Of a stretch of 64,000 bases of DNA, positions 56,765-64,000 are shown in pieces. A program made the position numbers and the translations under genes. Numbering within the stretch: position 1 is the first letter of the stretch; every line of letters begins with the position of its first letter. Source of the DNA: a virus; the IMG/VR virus record IMGVR_UViG_3300044729_003129, positions 32,001 through 96,000 of that record, one strand, 5' to 3'. The notes beneath the pieces are model-generated. The model ran no database searches and was not told where the DNA came from. It saw only the letters and a program-made list of their open reading frames with translations.

Positions 56765-57825
56765 ATGCCGTCAATTAATTGAGATTCAAGATAGAGTTCT
56801 TGTAGTTTAGATTTTATGCGGGTCTTATCAAGGTCTGTTTCAATAGCATCAACATAACTGTTTAATAAAGAAGAGGTGTCAGATATTTCAATAGATTCAT
56901 CATCGATACTATCAGCAGAATATTCTACAAATGACTCAACTATTTTTAAGTCAAATGGTTCTGCAGTGTTTATTGAGTCAATATACTTATCAAAAGCATA
57001 TGGATCTTTTTTAGATGTGACAACTACCTTTATATATGTTCCAGAGACTTCACTTGGTTCAACTAGGGTGACAGGACCAAGGGTGTCGTCATAGGTCAAT
57101 CTTTTAAAGAGTGAAAGCGGGTTGCGAATCTCTGAAAGTTCACGGGTGTTTGTGTCTAATATATGAAAATATTTGGGGTCATTGCAGTCTGCCCAAGTAA
57201 TCTCATATGGCACACCAAGATAATGAATGTTGCCACGGCTGCTCTTTGTGTGATAGTGACCAGAGAGAACCATTTCATACCGAGAGAACAAATCTGCTGA
57301 CATGCCATGACTGACTGCTGGAGCGCCCTTCATCATCTCAAATCCAGCAAGTTCCAAGTGAGCTCCAATTATTGGTGCGTGCGCTTTTTCAATAAAGGCA
57401 CATGACTCTGCATAATTTTCAGGCGTAATCCATGGCAGCAACGCAACTGAGAGGCCATCATAGTCTCGCACCGTAGGGGACATAATCACATTTACATTCT
57501 TACTATGATATTGCAATAACTCAGTAAGGCTACAAAGTGAATTTGTATTTCTAAAAAATGTGTCATGATTGCCAGGAATAATATCCATGGTCATGCCATA
57601 CTCTTCAAGTTTGTCAAGAAACATGGCTCGGTTACGTGCCAATACTTTGTAGTTAAGATATTTACGATGATCAAAGTAATCACCGAGATGAAGTATCTGA
57701 GTTATGCCCTGAGCCTGACAGGCCGGAAAAAAGACCTCAGAATAGAACCGCTCAGTGTAATCTATAAAGACGTCGCTACCATTTTTAACACCGGTATGGG
57801 TATCAGTAAGTATTGCTATTTTCAT
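56761..57825 (-). CDS. 47: Mre11/SbcD-like recombination nuclease
   Basis: DTH.G, GDYFD, GNHD, SGHYH. Confidence 0.95.
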   Translation of the reverse strand: MKIAILTDTHTGVKNGSDVFIDYTERFYSEVFFPACQAQGITQILHLGDYFDHRKYLNYKVLARNRAMFLDKLEEYGMTMDIIPGNHDTFFRNTNSLCSLTELLQYHSKNVNVIMSPTVRDYDGLSVALLPWITPENYAESCAFIEKAHAPIIGAHLELAGFEMMKGAPAVSHGMSADLFSRYEMVLSGHYHTKSSRGNIHYLGVPYEITWADCNDPKYFHILDTNTRELSEIRNPLSLFKRLTYDDTLGPVTLVEPSEVSGTYIKVVVTSKKDPYAFDKYIDSINTAEPFDLKIVESFVEYSADSIDDESIEISDTSSLLNSYVDAIETDLDKTRIKSKLQELYLESQLIDGI

Positions 57826-58424
57826 GAGATAAAACTGTCAAGAGCACCAATCTTCTGTGATTCTTCTTTGACTTTTTTCTGTGCGCGTGGCTTTTCACTT
57901 GTCTCAGCAACTTCGTTACTTTCTTTGTAAAAAGCGTCATTACGCTGGCGCATCTTTTCAACAAGTGATTCACCATAGTCTGAATCGTCTTCAAACTCAG
58001 CAAAGTTTCCAATGCCACCTTTTTCGATTAGTAGTTGCTTGATATCAGCCTGCTTCTTTTCTTTTGCAATACGACGTAAAAACGCATACCATGAAATTTG
58101 TGTAAAATATGAAAATGCATTTGGATTGCCAGTGCGCGTTGGCTTATTGATGTCATAATTCATAATGGCCTTGATACAATTTTCTACTGCATCCATAACC
58201 ATGTCTTCACGATAACTATAATTCATAAAGTTTGGGCTGCGTGACAGTCCGTTTGCAATCTTCATAAAGCATTCACCAATATAGTTGGTAATTTGTCGAG
58301 GTTCTCGACCACTTGCTTTATCCTCTGTAACTGCACTTACATACTCAACAACAGCAGTAGAGAAATCTTTATTGTTGACATAGTCATCACCGCGTGATTT
58401 TCGTTTTGTCTTTTCAGTTTTCAT
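57822..58424 (-). CDS. 55: Late sigma factor
   Basis: YVNNKDF, YIGECFMKIA, NF.NY.YR, NAFSYFTQI, AF.RRI.KEKKQ; start taken at MKTEK. Confidence 0.93.
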   Translation of the reverse strand: MKTEKTKRKSRGDDYVNNKDFSTAVVEYVSAVTEDKASGREPRQITNYIGECFMKIANGLSRSPNFMNYSYREDMVMDAVENCIKAIMNYDINKPTRTGNPNAFSYFTQISWYAFLRRIAKEKKQADIKQLLIEKGGIGNFAEFEDDSDYGESLVEKMRQRNDAFYKESNEVAETSEKPRAQKKVKEESQKIGALDSFIS

Positions 58425-58430
58425 AGCTTC

Positions 58431-58517
58431 ATTATATACTATATTTTGCAAATGTAAATACTTTTTTACATCTATGTGAATTTTGTTATTTACATAGATT
58501 ATAAAAGAGTGTATAAT
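58431..58517. promoter_or_regulatory. Divergent early-type promoters (minus strand for gene 55; plus strand antisense to uvsW)
   Basis: TTTACA-N16-TATAAT at 58458-58431 (-); TTTACA-N17-TATAAT at 58489-58517 (+). Confidence 0.55.
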
Positions 58518-58540
58518 AATCTATGATTGTTTGATAGTCA

Positions 58541-59002
58541 TCATACATTCTTCCAACGATCTAAGAAAATATTCCATAATTCTTCGTCAGACTGTGATTC
58601 TTCTGGTGGATCAATTTCAGGAATGGGATAATTTAAATCTTCTGATTCATCCAATTCATTCTCATCTGTTTCTTTAGAAGAATTGGACATCAAGTGAAGT
58701 AGTCTCTGATATATAAGTGCTTCTGTATATTTACGTTTAACCTCATCAGATGTATCAGATTCTGTTTCAATACTACGATCATAGACAATACAATTTTCAC
58801 TGTCATTCCCAGCTACAAGTGGTAGCATTACTTGGGTATAGACTCCAGACTTTACAAGTGCTTTTCTTATTTCTAGTGGATAATTTAACTGTATGCCATC
58901 TTCATAGGCATGCACAACTTCTCCTATAAGAACTTTACCACTCGACAATGTAAAGACCCGTATGTCAAGATCTTTTACTTTTGAATATAAGCCATCAATC
59001 AT
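58541..59002 (-). CDS. Conserved Sm-like hypothetical protein between uvsW and gene 55
   Basis: F.L.SG..LIGEV; synteny. Confidence 0.55.
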   Translation of the reverse strand: MIDGLYSKVKDLDIRVFTLSSGKVLIGEVVHAYEDGIQLNYPLEIRKALVKSGVYTQVMLPLVAGNDSENCIVYDRSIETESDTSDEVKRKYTEALIYQRLLHLMSNSSKETDENELDESEDLNYPIPEIDPPEESQSDEELWNIFLDRWKNV

Positions 59003-59910
59003 TGCAGTGGTATTTCATATAGTTTATAGTTAAACCCTTCCTTTGCATACATTTTGGTACGCTCTATTGCGTGTTGCAGTGTGTAATTCTTTTTCTTTTT
59101 CCATGAGAAGTTGTCTGATATGTCATAGACTGTTGTTGGTCGACCATCATCAGATTTTCGTAGTCCTCGACCAATGCTTTGCAATACACGTATTTGACTC
59201 TTTGTTGGCGCAGCAAATATAATCTGGTGCAGATTTTTGATATTGATTCCTGTACTAAACGTACCAACACTCGCCACAATAATTGCATTGTTTTGTGTTT
59301 CAGTTAATTCACGTATGTGTTCTCTGTTTGTTGCGTCTACTTCTCCAGACACATAGAATATATGTCTATCAGAATCACCATTAATACTACTTATAAGTTC
59401 AAAAAGAGGTTTGCCATGTTTCTGAACGAGATTAAAGAGTATGAGTGTATTGCCCTTTTGGTCAAGAGCAAGGTTTGCTATAAAAGAGTTTCGACCAACA
59501 TGAGTCACAATTGCATCTATCTCAGTTTGATAGTCGGCTTTAGAGATTACCTTTTTAAGTTCATCACTGTGGTTGCATACAATACATTTAATTTTTAATG
59601 CAGCAAGAGTATCGTTATCAATAAGCTCTTTTGTTGTAATTACTCGATGAGTTGGACCAAAATTGCCAACAAGTACTCGTTCATTGCAAAGACTGCCATC
59701 AAGGGTGCCAGTAGTGCCTATGCGATAACATGCATTAACACATGCAGACATAATCGTATTTAAACTTTTTGCTTTGAAGAGATGTGCTTCATCTCCTATG
59801 ACCATGCCATAGCTTTTAAACCAGGATTTTTGTAATGTAATTGCGCTCTGCCATGTAGTAATAATAACAGGCGATGGAGTTTCAATGATATCAATTTTAG
59901 ATATTTTCAT
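58999..59910 (-). CDS. uvsW: UvsW helicase, C-terminal part
   Basis: ITTWQS, GDEAH, GTTGT, FSTGINI, QSIGRGLR; preceded by MKISKIDIIET. Confidence 0.93.
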   Translation of the reverse strand: MKISKIDIIETPSPVIITTWQSAITLQKSWFKSYGMVIGDEAHLFKAKSLNTIMSACVNACYRIGTTGTLDGSLCNERVLVGNFGPTHRVITTKELIDNDTLAALKIKCIVCNHSDELKKVISKADYQTEIDAIVTHVGRNSFIANLALDQKGNTLILFNLVQKHGKPLFELISSINGDSDRHIFYVSGEVDATNREHIRELTETQNNAIIVASVGTFSTGINIKNLHQIIFAAPTKSQIRVLQSIGRGLRKSDDGRPTTVYDISDNFSWKKKKNYTLQHAIERTKMYAKEGFNYKLYEIPLQ

Positions 59911-60727
59911 ATTTTTTTCTGCCTAACACCCATTCATTATTATCTATAATAGGAAACATCAACTTTGAAATTCGTAATTCATCATTATGATACCATTTCA
60001 TTCCTGTAGTAGTAGAATGTTTGGCTTTACGTTCTTCAGCGCTTAATAAGGAATTATTTTTTATTTTAGTTTTCGACATTTTGCGAACACGATCTGAATT
60101 TTCCTTTGTTTGACCAGTTCGTTCTAAACTAAACTTTTTTCTAACTTCATCAGACCATTCATGTCCAAATTTCTGTTTCCGCTCTTCTTTTGTCATCTTA
60201 GCAATAGTTTCATTGAATTTATTTCGCGAATCTCGTAGCCATTGTGAATTCTCAGCAGTATATTGTGATTTTTTTATATTAGCGATTCTAATATAATCAT
60301 GAGTTTCTTTAGTTCTCCCACTTAAAGCCTTACTAATTTTCTGTTTGGTATTATCATCAAATAATGGATTATTTTTCTGCATATGATCTATCCAAATCAA
60401 TTTATAATCAAGATATTGTCTTGAAGATTTAGATTTATTTCTGCGATTTAGAAAGAACATCGCTCTAACCATTTTTAACCTATTTTCTCCAAAAAACATC
60501 TTTGTTAAAAGTAAATGACAAATAAAATGTTCCCGAATCGTAAGAACTACTTTGTTATCATTTTTATTTTTCCAATCACGATTAAACGAAACTGGAAATA
60601 TATGGTGGTTTTCAATAGGATTATCTAATATATTCCTAGATATAGCGCGATTGATTAAGGCATTATACCATTTTGTATATTTATTGCTTATCGCAAGATT
60701 ATTAAGTTCATTTAAAAAGTAATTCAT
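59897..60727 (-). mobile_element. HNH homing endonuclease fracturing uvsW
   Basis: KY.KWY, ENHHIFP, LT.REHFICH.LL; NUMOD3-like GRTKE/GQTKE repeats; AT-rich. Confidence 0.88.
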
Positions 60728-60758
60728 ACCTACAAAGGTTGTTATAGGTATATTTATA
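60727..60758 (-). promoter_or_regulatory. Late promoter plus RBS-sequestering hairpin
   Basis: TATAAATA-TACCTATAA-CAACCT-TTGTAGGTA-TG. Confidence 0.7.
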
Positions 60759-61506
60759 CTATGTCATCTTTTAAAGTTAAATCACCAGCTTTAATTTTAC
60801 CTCTATTACTAGTATTTACTATATCATTTGGAAAATACGACTGTATTGATCCATCTTCCATAGTCAATTTAATTTTATTTTTTTGGGGATTTTTATCATA
60901 TCCGCTCATTATCATAGATACACTATCTTCAACATTAAATGTATCATCAGATTTAGAATACTCTTCAAAATCTTTTGTCATTTGGTGAACGAGTGATGTT
61001 GTAGGCACTACAATCAATATCTTTTGATCATAATGTTCTAAAAACCAACGAACACATAAGTAGATAATTAAACTTTTTCCAGAACCCGTAGGAGATATTA
61101 CGAGACTGCGTCCTTCAGTGCATGCATGCACGTATGCTTCAAGTTGATAGTCTCGTGGTGTTATCTGCGTTCCACCACTCGTTATATGTAAACTATTTGC
61201 ATAATCTAACAGCGATTGTGATGTTGGTACATCTCGTTCAGTTATGCTAGGATGCAATTCATAACTATAGCCATGAGAGTCAGCAAACTTTAACACTTCA
61301 AACAACAGACCATATGGTAGTGTTGATGTTTTAGTATTATATAATCTAATGCGTCCATCCCATAATTTATTTCTATACGATGGAACAAACTTATATCCTT
61401 CAGCAAAAAAAGTAAAATGTTCTGAAAGCTCCATAAGAATTCCAGAATCATTAGAGACTATTCTCAATGAAGTTTCGTCAATCTTATGTATCTTTAGATG
61501 AGACAT
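60754..61506 (-). CDS. uvsW: UvsW helicase, N-terminal part ending in a Hint-like fragment
   Basis: WDGRIRL, PRDYQ, SPTGSGKS, VPTTSLV.QM; start taken at MSHLK. Confidence 0.92.
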   Translation of the reverse strand: MSHLKIHKIDETSLRIVSNDSGILMELSEHFTFFAEGYKFVPSYRNKLWDGRIRLYNTKTSTLPYGLLFEVLKFADSHGYSYELHPSITERDVPTSQSLLDYANSLHITSGGTQITPRDYQLEAYVHACTEGRSLVISPTGSGKSLIIYLCVRWFLEHYDQKILIVVPTTSLVHQMTKDFEEYSKSDDTFNVEDSVSMIMSGYDKNPQKNKIKLTMEDGSIQSYFPNDIVNTSNRGKIKAGDLTLKDDIV

Positions 61507-62317
61507 TATCTTTATATTTGCAGTTATCAAAATGCCATCGTTTCATAGTATTTATTCCTCCATTTTTATTACAATGTGGACATATGATAATATTAGATTT
61601 TTTTCCAGTTAATGCTTTACTTATTTTTTCTCTAGTTTCTGGAGAATTAGTTAATCCTATTCTAGTTCCAATTTTACCAATATTAGCTAATCTAAGTTTT
61701 TCTTTAGTTTCTTCAGAGTGAACTTTTAATTTGAGTTTTAATGACCTTTCATTCCATATATGAGCTTTAATACTTTCAATATCTGAAAAATTACTAATAT
61801 CATTATTTCTTATAAATGTTATAACTGAAAAACTAATATTTAATTGTTTCATTGCGGATGTTATTGAATCATACGTTTCTCCAAGTATAGTTATTTGTTT
61901 TGATTTTTTAGATTTTCTACCAGACATTTTTATAGAATGCGCAAAGGCAGATGCTTTTTGTTTAGGTGATCGCAAATCTCCCTTTAAAGTTACTAGTGTA
62001 TTAGACATAATTTCACTAGTAATAATTGGGGGTGCAGGTCTATCTGTTTTATTTAAAAAATCTAAACGATTAACTGCATTTAATCTTTTTAATACTTTAG
62101 ATTCCCATTTACATGCTGCATCTTTATTTTTAAATGTTTTACGTATTTGAATAATATCAGGATTGCCATAGATATCAATATATGATTTTACGACTGATGA
62201 TGAAGTAAAATATGTGACAAATAAATCAGATGGATGACAATTGAAGGAATATCTAACTCCATAATAATATTTGTTTAAATTTTTCCAACCAATTAAATAC
62301 GTATATGGTATATTCAT
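61484..62317 (-). mobile_element. GIY-YIG-like homing endonuclease with NUMOD3 repeats
   Basis: PYTYLI.W...YYYGVRY, YFTSS, HSEETKEK/SPETREKIS, CPHC..RWHFDNC; late promoter 62323-62330. Confidence 0.8.
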
Positions 62318-62361
62318 ATTAGTATTTATAATAATACATTTTTAATGTACTGGTATCGCCA

Positions 62362-62811
62362 TTAAGCTCCTGATACAAATCGTCTATGATCTATAATATT
62401 TTTAATTGTGGTATGTCTCCACTTTATATTGTCCATAATATCTTTAAGAGCTTCAACAATTGTAGATTGATATTCTATTTGTCCTTGAAGTTTCATAATA
62501 TCAGAGTCAGTAGAGTAAAACAATTCCATGTCACTTTTAAGCGGTTTCGTCATACCAGAAAATGGATCATACTGCCATCCTTTGGCATCCATTTCGTTTT
62601 TAGTCATCTTACCATTATAGTAGAGCCATTTGTCTTTGCGCAAATGAGCCATAGAGAGTTCTTTCTTTTTGAGATTTAACTTTGCGATGCTATAGAGTTC
62701 TAGATATTTTGAATGTAGACTAGCACTTTTGACGCTCGTTTCATCTAAATTAATCTCATCAATAACGCTGTCAGTTTCCCATAATTTAAGTATATCTTCA
62801 AGTTGCATCAT
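62362..62811 (-). CDS. uvsY: Recombination mediator UvsY
   Basis: W..DS.ID, LHSKY, KWLYY.GK, IKN.I..R.F..G. Confidence 0.92.
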   Translation of the reverse strand: MMQLEDILKLWETDSVIDEINLDETSVKSASLHSKYLELYSIAKLNLKKKELSMAHLRKDKWLYYNGKMTKNEMDAKGWQYDPFSGMTKPLKSDMELFYSTDSDIMKLQGQIEYQSTIVEALKDIMDNIKWRHTTIKNIIDHRRFVSGA

Positions 62812-62827
62812 AATATATTATATATCA

Positions 62828-63280
62828 TTATAAAAATTCAAAATAATCATAACGAAAAGTAACATCTACATAGGCATATTCTGATTCGGTTTGTTGTACA
62901 TTAAACTCTAGCCCTCCTATATTTGTAGGAAATGCATTTGCAAAACGTACACTGCGAGATATATTGTTATGATTTGTTAAAAAGTGTAACGTCATGTCAT
63001 GGTTAATTAGTGTGTTGGATGATGTATTAGCATAGATCCAATTAAAAATCTCTCGATATGATTCTAAACTTTCATCTATTGCAATGCGCACGGTTAATGG
63101 ATCATATGCTAATTTATCGCCTGGAACAAACCCTTGTAAGTTTCGAAATCCAGTTGTAACCTCTGGCAATGACACAGCAGGAAAACTTGCACTTACAGCA
63201 AAATATTGAGTGTGCTTAAAGTCTTCAGCATGTATGTATAGTTTGAACCCAGTTAATGCTAATAAATTTGAATCTATCAT
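62828..63280 (-). CDS. 3: Tail completion/tube terminator protein
   Basis: N.L...GF, PGDKL.Y..L...IDE....Y.EI..W, AFP, F.YDYF. Confidence 0.8.
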   Translation of the reverse strand: MIDSNLLALTGFKLYIHAEDFKHTQYFAVSASFPAVSLPEVTTGFRNLQGFVPGDKLAYDPLTVRIAIDESLESYREIFNWIYANTSSNTLINHDMTLHFLTNHNNISRSVRFANAFPTNIGGLEFNVQQTESEYAYVDVTFRYDYFEFL

Positions 63281-63294
63281 ACTATTATTTATGC

Positions 63295-63325
63295 AAAAAA
63301 GAGGCTACCCGAAAGGGTAGCCTCT
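63295..63325 (-). terminator. Rho-independent terminator after gene 23
   Basis: AGAGGCTACCC-TTTC-GGGTAGCCTCT followed by T run. Confidence 0.9.
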
Positions 63326-63355
63326 AATTTTAAGGTTATTACCTATTGCAACAAA

Positions 63356-64000
63356 TTATGCTGCGTTAGTGTAAGTAGAACCACCAATACCAGTTACTGT
63401 GAACTTACGGAAGTATGGGTTAGCTGCGTTAGCACCTGTACCGCCGTTAGCTGTTGGGTTACCAGCAAATGGGTTAGCAACGAGACCATAACGTGTCTTG
63501 AAGCCAATCTTTGGTTGGAATGTGTCTGGATCAACTGCACGAACCATTGTGAGTGGAACGTATGGGCAATAGAACATACCAGCGTCGTATGCGTTTGTAC
63601 CGCGATAACCAACAGTTACATAATCTTCGGATGCGAATGGGTCGATGAACACCTTGAGACGGCCATTTACCATACCAGCAAATACATTGCCAGTGTCGTC
63701 AACATTGAGGTTGGTTGCAAGAGCTGGAGCATAGTCAAGCACACCAGCTGCAGCAAGAGCACTTGCAACATTGCTGCTGCAAAGTACAAAGTTTGCCTTA
63801 CCACGACGTGTTGCCTTAGCAACTGCGTTAGCTTCAACTTCAATTTGGAAGAGAAGTGACTTGAACTTTTCAACAGCCCAACGACCGTCAGCATCTTGGT
63901 CAAGATCGAAAGTACCATTGATGCCAGCAACTTGTGCTTTTGTATTAACAGTGTCGATAACTTCACGGTTGATTTCTGCAAGAATCTCAGTGCTGAGGAT
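63356..64000 (-). CDS. 23: Major capsid protein, C-terminal part (runs off window)
   Basis: ILAEINREV, DGRW..EKFK, TRRG, DAGMFYCPYVPL, FQPKIGFKTRYG. Confidence 0.97.
   Translation of the reverse strand: MLSTEILAEINREVIDTVNTKAQVAGINGTFDLDQDADGRWAVEKFKSLLFQIEVEANAVAKATRRGKANFVLCSSNVASALAAAGVLDYAPALATNLNVDDTGNVFAGMVNGRLKVFIDPFASEDYVTVGYRGTNAYDAGMFYCPYVPLTMVRAVDPDTFQPKIGFKTRYGLVANPFAGNPTANGGTGANAANPYFRKFTVTGIGGSTYTNAA

Noticed and set aside
59897-60758. Group I intron in uvsW
   Set aside because: The HNH ORF fills the gap, leaving 26 nt on one side and overlapping on the other, so there is no room for a catalytic core; both halves have their own stop/start and extra coding sequence
59878-60888. 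Functional split intein in uvsW
   Set aside because: No Cys/Ser1 block A, no TxxH and no terminal HN plus nucleophile
1-64000. Many plus-strand and nested ORFs in the track (e.g. 24162-24905, 2817-3239, 49521-49970)
   Set aside because: They are shadows of well-supported minus-strand genes, with no motifs; only 18223 and 21739 are credible plus-strand genes
1-64000. Stop-codon reassignment, tRNAs or rRNAs
   Set aside because: Core genes are full-length in the standard code with TAA, TAG and TGA stops; no cloverleaf or rRNA sequence recognised by eye (tRNAscan not run)

Overview
A 64 kb stretch of a T4-like (myovirus) phage genome, almost all coded on the minus strand. Read right to left it contains: gp23 major capsid (3' part), gp3, uvsY, a split uvsW, gp55/47/46, a CobT/CobS-like pair, gp45/44/62/regA, hsp20, gp43 polymerase and a primase-like gene. 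Next come a ~14 kb early region of small ORFs, a cytosine-modification cluster (gp42-like dCMP hydroxymethylase plus beta-glucosyltransferase-like gene), uvsX and a split gp41 helicase. After that lie a late cluster of proteins with T4 internal-protein-like capsid-targeting sequences, nrdB/nrdA, RNase H, an exonuclease, ClpP and the start of a probable tail-fibre gene. Main findings: (1) uvsW is fractured by an HNH endonuclease, and both halves carry complementary Hint/intein-like fragments lacking all splicing residues, possibly a non-splicing intein-derived clasp. (2) gp41 is fractured by an antisense HNH gene and carries an atypically split intein (18 aa IntN, 122 aa IntC). (3) About ten proteins, several of them enzymes (ligase-like, nucleotidyltransferase, nuclease-like, AAA ATPase), carry capsid-targeting-like tags. 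(4) Near-leaderless promoters are pervasive, there is a ROSE-like thermometer before hsp20, and an RBS-sequestering hairpin precedes one endonuclease. No tRNA, rRNA or CRISPR array was recognised. All calls come from manual motif recognition, not database searches.
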